Of a stretch of 37,686 bases of DNA, positions 1 to 11,500 are shown in pieces. A model generated the notes under the pieces. It was not told the origin of the DNA. It did not search any database and saw only the letters and a program-made list of their open reading frames with translations. Source of the stretch: Catajapyx aquilonaris. Lineage: Eukaryota. The stretch spans positions 1-37,686 of the forward strand of contig KZ538986.1 of NCBI GenBank assembly GCA_000934665.2, given 5' to 3'. A program made the translations under genes and the position numbers. Numbering within the stretch: position 1 is the first letter of the stretch; each line of letters begins with the position of its first letter.

Positions 1-188
1 GGTAAGCAGGGAAAATAATGATGTTACTAAGAACAAGCCAATGACAATGGAAAGAACACTTAGCACTCGTCTCCATGTGCTGATGTTTGAATTGGCCCGC
101 CGGCCGGGGTTGCCAGGTAACACACTACAACATAAGCAGCTTAGGCCGAATTTGTCAGTAGCTGTTCGGACAAAAAAGTTGGACCACC

Positions 189-190
<2 letters not shown>
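1..190. mobile_element. Right end of a Tc1/mariner-type non-autonomous element, truncated by the window start
   Basis: Ends ...GGACCACCCTG followed by (TA)n. Its reverse complement aligns over about 90 bp with the element end at 37597-37686. Confidence 0.7.

Positions 191-222
<32 letters not shown>
191..222. repeat. (TA)n microsatellite
   Basis: Pure TA run directly after the TIR. Confidence 0.95.
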
Positions 223-225
<3 letters not shown>

Positions 226-282
226 TGTACTGATACCTTTCTCCGGATCATATTTTTCTAATATATTCCTGAAATGTTACTC

Positions 283-513
283 AACTGGTGGCCTGGGATC
301 TTTTAAGACCCCAGGTGACACCTTGGTGGGTAATTACTTGATTTTAGCAGTTTTGTGTGACTAAATTTTTTAAAAAAAATCGAATATGTGTTGAGAAAGG
401 TTCAACTGAAATTTACGAAAAAAAAAATCTTTTCCTTGATATTAAAATTAAACATTTTATAACAAAAATATTGCACCTGAGGTCTTGAAAGACCCCAGGT
501 CACCAGTTAAGTG
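283..513. mobile_element. piggyBac-like (TTAA) MITE
   Basis: Imperfect inverted repeats of about 35 bp: AACTGGTGGCCTGGGATCTTTTAAGACCCCAGGTG and CACCTGAGGTCTTGAAAGACCCCAGGTCACCAGTT. The right end reads AAGTG|TTAA; the left TSD is decayed. Confidence 0.6.
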
Positions 514-1468
514 TTAACACTTTTAGGTTGGTCCAATATCGTCACCCAGTATTGTATGATATTGGCTCAGCCGTTCTACCTAGATTGGGTGGATATTTCT
601 GTGCTACCTGGGGAGGCAAGCGCCTTCGTCCCTCCATGCCAACTGCAGAAATCAAATCGAAATAATTTTTAATGCTCTTGTGATGCTTTTTTTGTTGCTA
701 AAAAGCATTAGAATAGCATTGAAAATTGACGTTCCATGATTAGAACATTGGATTATAACCACCAACGAAAAAACATGGCCGAAAAATTGTTCTAGAAATG
801 TCTAGAACAACACTTCCCTTAGCCTGTACGGCTGTACTGGCCTTATTCCTATTGTACTTTGGTGCAACTAGTGCTGTATGACTAGGGGCATCCGTTGCCC
901 ATGTACCGATGAGTACATGGGCAATGGGGTCCAAAGGATTGAAGGGGATTCTGACCTGGAAGGAAGGACGCCGCTACAGATCCTTCCGAATGCTGCAGAG
1001 GGTTGGAAATAAAGCAACGGGTCGGTTAGGTTCTGTTCGAACTGCCAGGGTTGACACTACGACGTCCAACCCACTGTGTGGAACACACCCACACTGCAGA
1101 TCTATACTGAAATTAATTAAATTATAATATTATGAAATGTATATAATAAGATGTACTATAATATACTAAAATTAACTCTAATTAAATGAAGTTTTATTTA
1201 AGAGCTAGTCCAGTGCGATGATTGGTTGGGATGTCAAATTGAGCCAATCAGAGACTAGCAATGTTGTGACCTCACAATACAATAATTAAGCAGGGTAGCC
1301 AATATGAAATAACAACTTTTTTTTCCGGCCGTTGAAATCATTCGAATAGATTGTTGAGCGGACCAATCGCAATAAATAAGTAACTATTCAACACCCGGTT
1401 ATTATTTAAATGTGTTGCCGGTATTAATTATATGTATTAAAAAAAGTTGCATTAAACTCGTTCAAATT

Positions 1469-2320
1469 AGCCTACCTTTTGGCGCAGACCCCTCGCGGTT
1501 GGGGTGATGAAAATGCTCTGCCGCTTTTTGCAACGCATAGCACTTTCAGACCCAAAGGATCTAATTGTATTATGTTTCCAGACAGCACTATCAGAAAAGC
1601 ACCCTACCCAATACGAATGGATATCAATAGTTAGAAGGCTTTTTTTAGAAACAGGACTTTCACTCGATACATGGTATAATAACCCCGAGAAGATAAACTT
1701 AGAAGATTTATTAACAACCTTCTTCCAAACCACCATAGACAAAAGATATCGCCCGAGTTCAGGTTTCAAGAGTATGGCATGCCCACTACAATCTTCACAT
1801 ATTATCAGATCACCTTAGACAATATTACTTTGACTATCAACTTCCACTCCCTGTCACGAGACTATATACCAATCTGAGAAACGGCTCAACCACCCACTGG
1901 ATGAAGGGTTACACCCTCCGGTTGGATGGCACAGAAAGATGTTCCCTTTGTAACAGCACTGATCCTCTTGACTTGTTCCATTTTTTATACGACTGTTGTT
2001 TTTTCTCTGAATTAAGATTGAAATTTCTAACCGGGATGCCCCAGCTTCCTCCAGATTTAATAGCTCAACTTTTTTGTTATCAATGCAAAGAAGATATATT
2101 TAGTTTATATAATTTTTTCAAGGGGGCTACCGAAAAATTACAATTCTGTGATATAATACTGTAATTTGATTATTGATTCTTTGATGTACCCCTGATATGT
2201 TATAACAAATATGTAAAAAGGAGAGTCCCCCCCCCCCCCCCCCCCCNNNNNNNNNNNNCCCCCGCCCTGAACAAAGTTCGTTGGGGGTGGGCGTAATAAA
2301 CATTATTATATATATTATTA
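1469..2320 (+). mobile_element. Decayed 3' fragment of a LINE (RTE-X-like), related to the LINE at 6715-10854
   Basis: Broken ORFs 1504-1818 and 1901-2164 parallel the C-terminus of ORF 6929-8845 (QYEWI vs RYNWV; CSLCNSTDPLDLFHFLYDC vs CGLCNRDESDDWYHILYEC, a CCHC knuckle). The 3' UTR ends in a hairpin, AATAAA and an AT-rich tail. Confidence 0.8.
2247..2258. other. Assembly gap (12 N) within a poly-C run
   Basis: N characters in the sequence. Confidence 0.99.
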
Positions 2321-2365
2321 TATATAAATTACCTTTTGGCACTTCTCTGACTCATTAATGAATAA

Positions 2366-2368
<3 letters not shown>

Positions 2369-2404
<36 letters not shown>

Positions 2405-2443
2405 ACAATCATAGTATTTTCCCAATAATAATAACATACAATA

Positions 2444-2499
<56 letters not shown>
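2369..2499. repeat. (GAT)n and (ATT)n microsatellites
   Basis: (GAT)n at about 2369-2404 and (ATT)n at about 2444-2499. Confidence 0.95.
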
Positions 2500-2926
2500 G
2501 CTCCATCAGCATCATCACCATCATTATATTACTATTAACCAACAAAGCTGTTATTCATTACCTAGCTATATATACAGGGTGGGGCAAACGTCATGGGCGG
2601 GTTTAAACGACGCACCATGGCGTAAGTAACGAACGATTATGGTATATTTATTCCAGAAAGCAGAATGGGGCCCCAAATCTTATTTCATGAACAATTTGCA
2701 CATGAACAAGCTTTAGAAATAACATCCAGATCCTCTTCCTTGGATAATCCACATCCAGATAATCGGGAGTACAGCTTATAAATCTAGGTTTTCAAGACTT
2801 ACCCACCAAAAACAGTAAGTTACAAGTGAAATCTCCAAATCAACCTTATTTATATAGGAAAAATCACTTACCTATCTGGATTTCTGGATCAATCATGCAA
2901 CTGGCCCTTATTCATGGATAATGGTA

Positions 2927-3496
2927 CTATGACCCGCAAAACGATTGTCGCACTGTATCCCCGTAATACCGAAGCAGGTTGGCATAGTGGATAGGGCGTC
3001 CGACTGCTAATCGGGAGGTCCTGGGTTCGAATCCCGGGGCCGGCAACCCTGACCGTGGTTTTCTGTGGTTTTCCACGGTCTTTCTAGGATAATTCCGGGG
3101 TCGCTTCCGTATAATAGGCCACAGCCGCTTCCTTCCTTCCCTATCCTTGGAGGTTGAAAGGCAATGCTGGGCCAACCTCCTTAATATCAGTTATAAAATG
3201 TATCCCCGTAATGTCTGCGACTTGTTGTTTATCCCAGGAGTTGCCAGGTCATGGGTGTTTATTTGGCAATATTCCAGAATCCGCACCACTTTACCACTTT
3301 GCTGACCTAGAGGTGTGTTTGGCAGCGATGCGGACCAGATTGTGCAGCCATGGAACCGGGGGACCAGTGAGTGAAGTGGTAAAGTGGTGTGGATTCTGGA
3401 ATATTGCCAAATAAACACCCCTGGCAACGCCCAGGATAAACAACAAGTCGTGGACATAACATGGATACAGTGCAACAATCTTTTCGAGGGTCATAG
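2927..3496. mobile_element. Palindromic MITE (TA TSD) interrupted by a SINE
   Basis: TA|CTATGACCC...GGGTCATAG|TA. After removing the SINE at 2968-3198, the arms pair over more than 120 bp (GGGTGTTTATTTGGCAATATTCCAGAATCC / GGATTCTGGAATATTGCCAAATAAACACCC). Confidence 0.85.
2968..3198 (+). mobile_element. tRNA-derived SINE, tail type A
   Basis: A box TGGCATAGTGG and B box GGTTCGAATCC. The body is shared with six other copies. Perfect 14-bp TSD TGTATCCCCGTAAT at 2954-2967 and 3199-3212. Confidence 0.92.
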
Positions 3497-4504
3497 TACT
3501 GTACATACTAAACCATCAATATTAGTATAGTGATTATGTAGCCTATGTCATGTCTGCCAATTTACACACTATTATTTTGTACAAGAAGTTTTTCTCCTGT
3601 TGTGTTGGCTTCCTCAATAAAGACCTCCTTCCGACCTGGACTGCTGAATTTAGTAGCGAGGAAGTAGGCTGCTTCTGTATGAGCCTGTTGCTATTTGCTG
3701 GAGTCAGATTTTGTTAGCTGGCATCTTCCTCCCTTACTCTAGCATTGCCCTCAGACTGCCAATCAAAAGTAATAATGTGATTTATTTTGAACGAATTAAA
3801 CTTATTCTTTATTTTAAAACTTGGGTAAGGCCTGGTGGGCCAGGGCCTTTGGCTCCATACTTGATACAGTTGGGTGGGGTCCCCTTGTATCAGATGTAAC
3901 TTTTCCTCCCTCTCTCTCTCTCCCTCTGTAAAGTTTTTTCCCCCTTTTCCTAATTTTGACTATTATAATGTGACTTTACAAACACTGAACCGTGTTTGAT
4001 CCCACACTCCAGTTGCCTGATGTCCCCTTCTTGCTACCTGGCCCGAATAATAGGCTACTTGCGGTCAGGAGTAAGCATAGGTGAACCTCAGAAAAATTCA
4101 TCCTTCACCAATTGCACAACATAAGCAGAATGTAACCAGGGTTCATTCAAAAAAATTTGGCCATAATTTTTGTTCTTTGGGTTGTTAATCTTCCTTGTTT
4201 GTAGTTTTTTGGAATCAATAATAATTTGGTTTATGCCCTTAAGTCTTGTGTTTGGTTACATCTCGTCCTGCATTCCTTGCAACTTTTCAGGTTTTCCCCG
4301 GATAATCCAGAGAACCCGGAAGACAATAATGTGGATAATCTGAAGGACCTTGACATGTAGTAAAATGCCCAGTCCATAGCTTCAGAACCCATCCCAAAGA
4401 ATGTTAGAAAGATAGGGAATCTGTAGGACACCTATTTTGCTTGATCCACTAAGATTTTTGGTGGAACTGGTGCTTGATTGAGTGCATTAGCAAAGTGCAT
4501 GCTG

Positions 4505-4800
4505 GGGGATGGTGGTCTTGTTGTCATGCTACTGGCCAGCCAAGCGGGAGGTTTGGGGATCAAATCCTCTCCCCCTCACCTTTGCTTGGTCTTGTCTTTT
4601 GCCACGTTTTTCCAGATGTGTCAAGGCAGACTTGCTCCCCTTCTCTGTCCAGGGCCAGGAGGGAAGGTCAGGTATGAGGATTGTCCAAAACACCTTGAAA
4701 TTACAACACAGCCCTCTCCTGGGAAACTCCCCCTTCCCCATAGGCCCATGGACCAAGACGTTTCAGCAACACAAGCTCCTTTGGATGCATTAAATGTTTG
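4505..4800 (+). mobile_element. Possible old, degenerate tRNA-headed SINE
   Basis: Degenerate A box (TGGTCTTGTTG) and B box (GGATCAAATCC) at tRNA-like spacing. No TSD found. Confidence 0.3.
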
Positions 4801-4984
4801 CGTTAAATTATTTACTATTACTACTACTAGAAAAGTAACAGATGGCTCTGCAAACCAGGCCAACATAGCTGACATATTGGGGTCAAAATGCTGCCAATAC
4901 TATTTTATGAAGTTTCAAATGGCAGCTGATGAGAGCCAGGAAACTGATGTAATTTTTATGTTTATGGCATTGGTGGATGATACC

Positions 4985-4987
<3 letters not shown>

Positions 4988-5046
<59 letters not shown>

Positions 5047-5336
5047 GTGATTTATTTATATTACCCCATTGGGAGAATCGGAGCTCCATTCTGGGGAATA
5101 CCACCATTTTACCACTCAATTTTTCCTGAAATTTTTCTTTATACAATGGATGGGGAAGGATAGGGAAGGTAGGTAGCGACTGTGGCCTATTGTATGGAAG
5201 CAATCCCAGAATTATCCTGGGGGGACCATGGAAAACCACAGAAAACCATGGTCAGGATCGCCAGCCCCAGGTATCGAACCCAGGACCTCCCTATTAGCAG
5301 TTGGACTCCTTAACCCCTACACCAACCTGCTTCGCT
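4988..5336 (-). mobile_element. tRNA-derived SINE, tail type B, with an expanded (ATA)n tail
   Basis: Same head and core as 2968-3198. TSD GATGATACCTAT at 4976-4987 and 5337-5348. The tail is shared with the copy at 23313-23610. Confidence 0.9.
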
Positions 5337-6105
5337 GATGATACCTATCATTATGAGTGATGTATTCTTCACTAAAGCTGACATTTAATGAATTTGCATG
5401 TGGATGGTGCAATAAGTGTTGGGAAATTAACCAGTTAATTAATTGACCGGTTTAGTAAACGATATGACATTCGAAAAATAGGTTCCCCTCTGCCAATGCC
5501 ATAAAAATTAACATAAAACTTATTTCAGGTTTACAGGGACTTCTGCAGTCATTTGAAATTTGACAATTTGAAAATTTACAACTTTAGGCCCATGTATCTC
5601 GGCTTGGGAACGCTTTTGCAATTCTAGCTTCTCCGTTTTTACTTTCCCGTAAGTGCATTAAAAAACCCAACCCTAAAAATGAAACCAACAAACCTGGATT
5701 AGAGAGAAGTGCTTTTGGGTTGTAGAAACACCACATGTCTGTGTTAGGGCAGCCTTTGTTGCCCTTGATCAATACCAGAAATCTCTCAGACATTTCCTGA
5801 CTTTTCCACATAAGTGATGAGTAAGTCATGGCATCGTGACCACTTCAGTGTGCACTAAATGCAGCTTTGTCGCCACAAATAAATGAACCCCTTATTTTCA
5901 TTAGACTGAAGGAACTATTCTATCGATGCCCCACAATCAACCAGTCGCATTTCAGGCAAAGCAGGTTTCAGGTTGTCAAAACTACATGTGTTCTTCCTGT
6001 CATACCTCTCACTTTCCATTACAGTCAAGTTGAGCCTATTGGTCACAACATCCCCATCTCCAGCATGTCTGGCTATCAGTGTAAAATCCCCTCTAGTGGC
6101 CTGCA

Positions 6106-6542
6106 TACAGGTTGAAGGGAATCTCGCGGACAATTGCCAGGTAGACTGATAGTACTCGCAAACTAATATCTTGGGGATGTGCAAGTAGTTTTGGGATCCG
6201 GTGCGTAGTTAATGCATATGGCGCCTTTAAAGTGTAGAGGGGCGGATGATAAAATAGGAGGTAAAAACATCACACCCGGATTCTTACTCTGATATGGGAT
6301 TCGATCACCTATTTCACATGGATGATGCGTTAAGGGGACCAAAGGTGGATTTTTCGGAGGCCCTTGAGCTGACTTTTGCTTCTTTGAAGCTGGCGGAACG
6401 GATGTGACGTCATGAAACTTTAAAGGCGCCATAGGCATTAACTATGTAACGGCACCCAAAACTAATTGCACATCCCTATATTAGTTTTACGAGTACTATC
6501 AGTCTACCTGGCGATTGTCCGCGAGTTTCCCTTCGCCTGGTA
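6106..6542. mobile_element. Palindromic MITE with arms of about 125 bp
   Basis: GAAGGGAATCTCGCGGACAATTGCCAGGTAGACTGATAGTACTCG...GGCGCCTTTAAAGT is mirrored at 6418-6535. Both ends are flanked by TA. Confidence 0.85.
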
Positions 6543-6928
6543 TGAGCAGGTCCAATCCATGTAATTCTTGGCCAATATTGCTATCCTGAGTCAGAAGAAT
6601 ATGTGATATTTCCTCTGATACCAACATCTGCTGGCAATTGAGACACAGAGAATGACAATAAACATAACAGCAGGTTGTGGTTGACTAAGATCCGGTTTCA
6701 AACCCTAGTTATCAATCAATATTCAATCAATCAATCAATCAATATTTTTATTTTACCTCCCTGCATCAGGCTCAGGGAGGGACTCTCTCCTTTACATGAC
6801 CTTTTTCTTTTCCAAAAGTAACAAATACACTCATATTAATCTGAACCAGTTTTTTCATGGTGGGAGGGGAAGGGAATAAATAGTATGATGAAATGAAGAA
6901 ATGAATAATTGAAGAGGGCTCAGCTACA

Positions 6929-8619
6929 TTATAAGTTTAGGTGCCATTTTGCCACATATTTTAAGAAGAGGAACAGTGCTTTGGTATCACTCTGGGATGG
7001 AGCCGCAAAAATCGTAGTAATACTATTTCTAGGGACTAAGGGAAGATTTTGGAGAAATGCGTGCCTTCCTCCAGCGAACATAGGGCATTCGTAGAGGATA
7101 TGGTACCAATCGTCAGATTCATCCCGATTACAAAGGCCACAACTTTCTCCTTCATTTATTTTTACTGAAAAGGCTCCGCCCAGGGGAATCCAAGAGGAAT
7201 TTGTCCTGAGGCATGCCAACATCCTCGCTATTGAATATGCATTCTGTTCTGTCATATAGTAAGCCGGGAGGTATCGATGATTATCATAAAGAATTACTTT
7301 ATCATAATTTGATTTGGACCTTGTTAAACAATGATAGTCGTTGAGTACCTCGGTATCTAGCATTATTTGGGCAAGTATACAATATTTTTGTATCCAGTCT
7401 TGATCATTTTCTGACATAAAGTTTTTTATTGACTGACCATACTCATTTAGACTATTATCTAATTGTTTTACCCAATTATACCTCTGTTTCGGGCTGCTTT
7501 CCGACAGTAGATACGACAATGCTTTTCTAGGTAATCTGTCGGGCTTCATTTTTAAGAATCGTCTAAAGTTTCTTAAGGCTTGGAGTATTACTTTAATTTT
7601 TAATGGGGGTCGTCCCGTTTCTAGGCGTAAAAGATATCCTGCGGTTCTTGGCCCCGTTGCCAAAAGTTTTCTTATCGGGTATGTCTGCATTTTTTCAATG
7701 TCCTTGAGGAGATTCAATCCCCATATTGGCATTGCGTAAAGCGCAGCCGTAATAATCGTAGAGTCAATATAATTCAGCGCTGAAGTTATTAGAGGAAGCT
7801 TAGCATTCTTTAAAAGGAGTCTGGAAGCGTTAAATTTCGATTTAATGTTTCTCATTTTATCCTCTAGTTCTTTTAGGAATTGGCCGGAAGAGGAAAAATT
7901 AACTCCCAAATAACGGTAGCTAGAAACATTTTCTAGAGTTGTGTCGTTTAAAATAAATTTATCCGCCGCCGCCATCGGGCCACCTTTCCTAAATATCACG
8001 GCCTTTGTTTTTGAGTAGTTTAGTTTCAGCTCGTTTTCGTCCAGGTATTTTTGAGTCCAAGTAAGCAATCTTTGTGAATATAATTTATTGTCCGCAATCA
8101 GAACTATATCATCAGCAAACAAGAGAGCTTTGAAATCGTATGATACTCCGGGTAGGTGAATGCCCTTGGCCTGGTTTTGGTTTAACCATGGAATTAAATC
8201 TTGTAAATATAATGAGAAAAGTAAAGGTGATAGTGGGTCTCCTTGTAATACTCCTTCTTCTATTTGGACGTTTAAGATTTTTTCCTTTCCCGCAACATGA
8301 TGTATTTTTGCTTTTTGGTAAAAGTCAATTACAGTTGCCAGAAATTTGCCAGACATACCCATTCCTTCAAGTTTTCGCCATAGGTTTGTACGAGGTACTG
8401 AATCGAAGTCTTTCGTTAAGTCCAAAAAGATTGTATAAGCTTTTCCCTTGGGCTTACTTAATCGGGAGTGTATAGCAGTCATAAGAACAAAAATATGATC
8501 TTGAGTACCGTAGTCTGGACGGAATGCTGCTTGTTCCTCCGGCATTAATTGATCAAATAAGGGGATCGAATAAATTCTTTTCGCAAAGATCCGTGATAGA
8601 AGCTTCGTCAGCGTGCAAA
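6929..8619 (-). pseudogene. LINE ORF2, 3' part: reverse transcriptase domain and C-terminal CCHC knuckle
   Basis: Motifs EEQAAFR, FLDLTKDFDSV, GVLQGDPLSPLLF, LFADDI, YRYLG and CGLC..H....C. The first ~75 aa of the ORF-track call 6929-8845 come from the inserted element. Confidence 0.92.
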
Positions 8620-8623
8620 TTAA

Positions 8624-9983
8624 AGGGACACTCCACTCAAAATACAAGTTGGATTCTAAAAATCGGGCAGAAAATCCTGATTCCGAGGGTATAAGCAGTT
8701 TTCCTGAGAGACGAACGGTAAGGCCAGGACGAGCCGTCAAAGTTCGGAAATTTGAATCTGGCGCAAAAGAGCAGCGCCTCTTCCGGGTATGGGTAGAAAC
8801 AGTCGGAAATTTGGCAGGGTCCCCTACATGGTTGCCGGCACTCATGGAGGTTACCCTGATCTTTGGAGTGGTATATTTTTCAAATATGGCGGAATCCGAC
8901 AGTCCACGTGCAGGTCCGAATCACCTTCTTGACGGTACGGCGGCTGTTGCTGAGAGCGACGTACCAGCAGGGCTTCCCAGCCCAAGTCCGCACGGCCTCC
9001 TCCCGTACCAATTTGAGCCGTATTCAGCGCTGCTTGCCATTGGCGCATCAAATGTTCCTTTCGACACGGAAATGAAAAAAAAAAAAAGTTCGACGATAAC
9101 CCTCGTGGCTGACGTCATTGCTGCGGAGCCGACACACTACACAAAATGCACCATCGGTAGCACCGACATCAGGAGCTCCCTGCCCATCCATCCTGCCTGC
9201 TTCCAAGTAGTACCGTACACTCCGATATGCCCATTCGAAAGGGCTGACTCACACATGTCTTTCGCAAGTGCTAAGAGTTTACGCATGACTCACTTTCCTT
9301 CCCCACCCGCAGGTCGCCTTTGCTCTTTGGATCTGCTGGGTAGCAGAGGTGGGCCTTTCATAAGTAAGGAGCCAGTCTAAACCCTGGCCCAGCCCTGGCC
9401 CGTAAAGTAACAGTGCTGTGGTGATCATATTTACTGTCCAGGGTAATAGGTAGCATGCCGCCCACGGAAACCTCCTTCAAAATTGGCGCAAACCCACGAC
9501 CCGACACCCGTGCGGACCAAATATGTCGTGGACCAAAGACGGCTGAGATGTCAGACATTTTCTGCCAAGGCCCGGTTGGCGGCGCGCGCGGAGGGAGCGG
9601 ACTGGGCCGGGCGGGCAGCTCTTTTGCGCCAGATTCGAATTTCCGAAATTTGACGGCTCGCCATGGCCTTAAAAGCCGGTACCGACGTAAGAGTTTTCTC
9701 TCATAAGAGGAGCCAACTGCGCATGCCCGGATACGAGGAAAGAGGAAAAGTTGAAAATTTTCAACTTTAATCCCCTTTTAGAGGGACAAGAGGGGCCCTG
9801 AGGCGACAAAGAGTCCGTCTCGACGTACAAGATTTCTCGCACAAGAGGACTCTTATGAGAGAAACTCTAACGTGGATACTGGCCTTTACCGTTCGTCTCT
9901 CAGGAAAACTGCTTATACCCTCGGAATCAGGATTTTTTGCCCGATTTTTAGAATCCAACTTGTATTTTGAGTGGAGTGTCCCT
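8624..9983 (+). mobile_element. Kolobok-like non-autonomous DNA transposon (1360 bp)
   Basis: TTAA TSD at 8620-8623 and 9984-9987. Near-perfect TIRs of about 100 bp begin AGGGACACTCCACTCAAAATACAAGTTGG. AG...CT termini with a TTAA target are typical of Kolobok. Confidence 0.85.
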
Positions 9984-10852
9984 TTAAGCTTATCGGTCGG
10001 AAATTTGCCCGATCGTCTACTTCTCCTTTTTTGTACAAAGGGACTACTGTTATGTTCGTCCATTCATCTGGTATTTGACCTTCATTAATTACAGCATTTA
10101 GTGATGTTACTATTAGTTCCTTGAGCTTTGGTCCTGCCTTGTTCAATACTATATTTGGAATCCCGTCGTATCCTGGAGCAGACTTCATACGCAGTTTCTT
10201 CAGAGCCTGCTCCAATTCTATAAGAGTAATAGGTCCGTTTAGGGGGTCGTCAGGCGTTAAGTTTTTCCATGGGCCCAAGTATACCTTATTTGAAGAGGAT
10301 TCAAAAATGGATTGGAAGTATGATTTCCAAGAATCATCATTTATTTCTTTTGCTAATGCCGGGGGACGTTTCCTAAATTTGTTTATATGTTTCCAGAAGA
10401 ACTGCGAGTTCTTTGGATTCGCTAAGTTTTTTAGTGTCTCCTGGAAAAATTCAGTCTTTTTTCTCTCCCGAGCTTCTTTTAATTCTCGCTTGGTTTCGTA
10501 GTAATTTTGCTTATTTTCGTTTGAGAATTCCATCTTTAAATATTTTAGATATTGTCTACATTTCTTTTTCAAATCCTTTATCGTTTTGTCTTCCCAGCTG
10601 TTTATTTGACGATTTATTTTTGTCGTTTGAGGATTTCGGGTTTTCATCAAGTCATTTTTGAGTAAAAATTCCTGTATAAACAATTGCAATAGCTCTGGGT
10701 GGTCTTCAATGGTATTATGATCTAGCTCAGAGACTGCATTCTCAAGATCCTCTACCCACTCTTTTATATTTAACAGTTTCTTAGTGGTTATATAGCTAGG
10801 AAATTCGGGTTTAGTTACTGTGCCCAGAAAGGAAATGTTCCAGGGGATAATT
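9984..10852 (-). pseudogene. LINE ORF2, 5' part: linker after the endonuclease and start of RT
   Basis: KSAPGYDGI...IPDEW...VVPLYKKG...NFRPISL. It joins in frame to ICTLTKLLSRI at 8619 once the insertion and one TTAA are removed. Confidence 0.9.
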
Positions 10853-10962
10853 AGTCAAACCATAGTTATCAGTTGAAGTTACTAACAATGGGTGAAAACA
10901 CAATTATTGTGGTACAGGTCTCACTTCCAGAAATGAATTTCAATTTTCCATTTAGAGAATTA

Positions 10963-11249
10963 ATAATAATAATTCATACCCCGTTATCAGCCTTTTTCGG
11001 CTCTTTAGGGGGGAAGTTTTCTTTTGCCTGGAACTCTTTGCTTTAATTTTACTGCACTTTTTGGGAAGGGATAGGGACGGAAGGAAGCGGCTGTGGCCTG
11101 TTAATTACGGAAACAACTCCGGAATTTTCCTGGAAGGACCGTGGGAAACCACAGAAAACCACGGTCAGAGTTGCCGGCCCCGGGATTTGATCCCAGGACC
11201 TCCCGATTAGCAGTCGGACGCCTTATCCACTATGCCAACCTGCTTCGGT
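10963..11249 (-). mobile_element. tRNA-derived SINE, tail type C
   Basis: Same head and core. Perfect 14-bp TSD CATTTAGAGAATTA at 10949-10962 and 11250-11263. The tail is shared with 36234-36514. Confidence 0.92.
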
Positions 11250-11500
11250 CATTTAGAGAATTAGAAGAAACAATACAATATTATCATGTCAGAAAAGGTT
11301 CTACTGCTCATACATTTCTGAACTGACACACTCCCCTCCAGGTTGTTCTATTCTTGACTGTGGCAGAGGAGTTATTGCATGTGCCATTGGCCACCAGAGA
11401 GGCCGAGTGAGGGTGCTAGGATTGGAATGGCTTATTTCAGATTCCTGTCATGAATTCCAATCCCAACATCTCTATTGTGACACCACAGGGGCTTATCTTA

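Larger units (their letters stand above)
6715..10854 (-). mobile_element. 5'-truncated non-LTR retrotransposon (LINE, RTE-X-like; clade uncertain), interrupted by a DNA element at 8624-9983
   Basis: RT-encoding ORF and a (TTGA)n 3' tail. The 17-bp TSD TCAAACC(C/A)TAGTTATCA lies at 6698-6714 and 10855-10871 with one mismatch. Confidence 0.93.

Noticed and set aside
2969..3052. Functional tRNA-Ser(GCT) gene
   Set aside because: No long variable arm, a weak acceptor stem, direct continuation into a repeated body, and flanking TSDs. It is a SINE head.
4478..5239. ORFs with poly-Tyr or poly-Ile tracts (also 41-364 and 2318-2545)
   Set aside because: These are translations of (TAT)n, (ATA)n or (TA)n microsatellites.
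8620..8845. N-terminal 75 aa of the 638-aa RT ORF as a novel domain fusion
   Set aside because: It is read-through from the TIR of the inserted Kolobok-like element. The same peptide appears in ORFs at 9855 and 20928.
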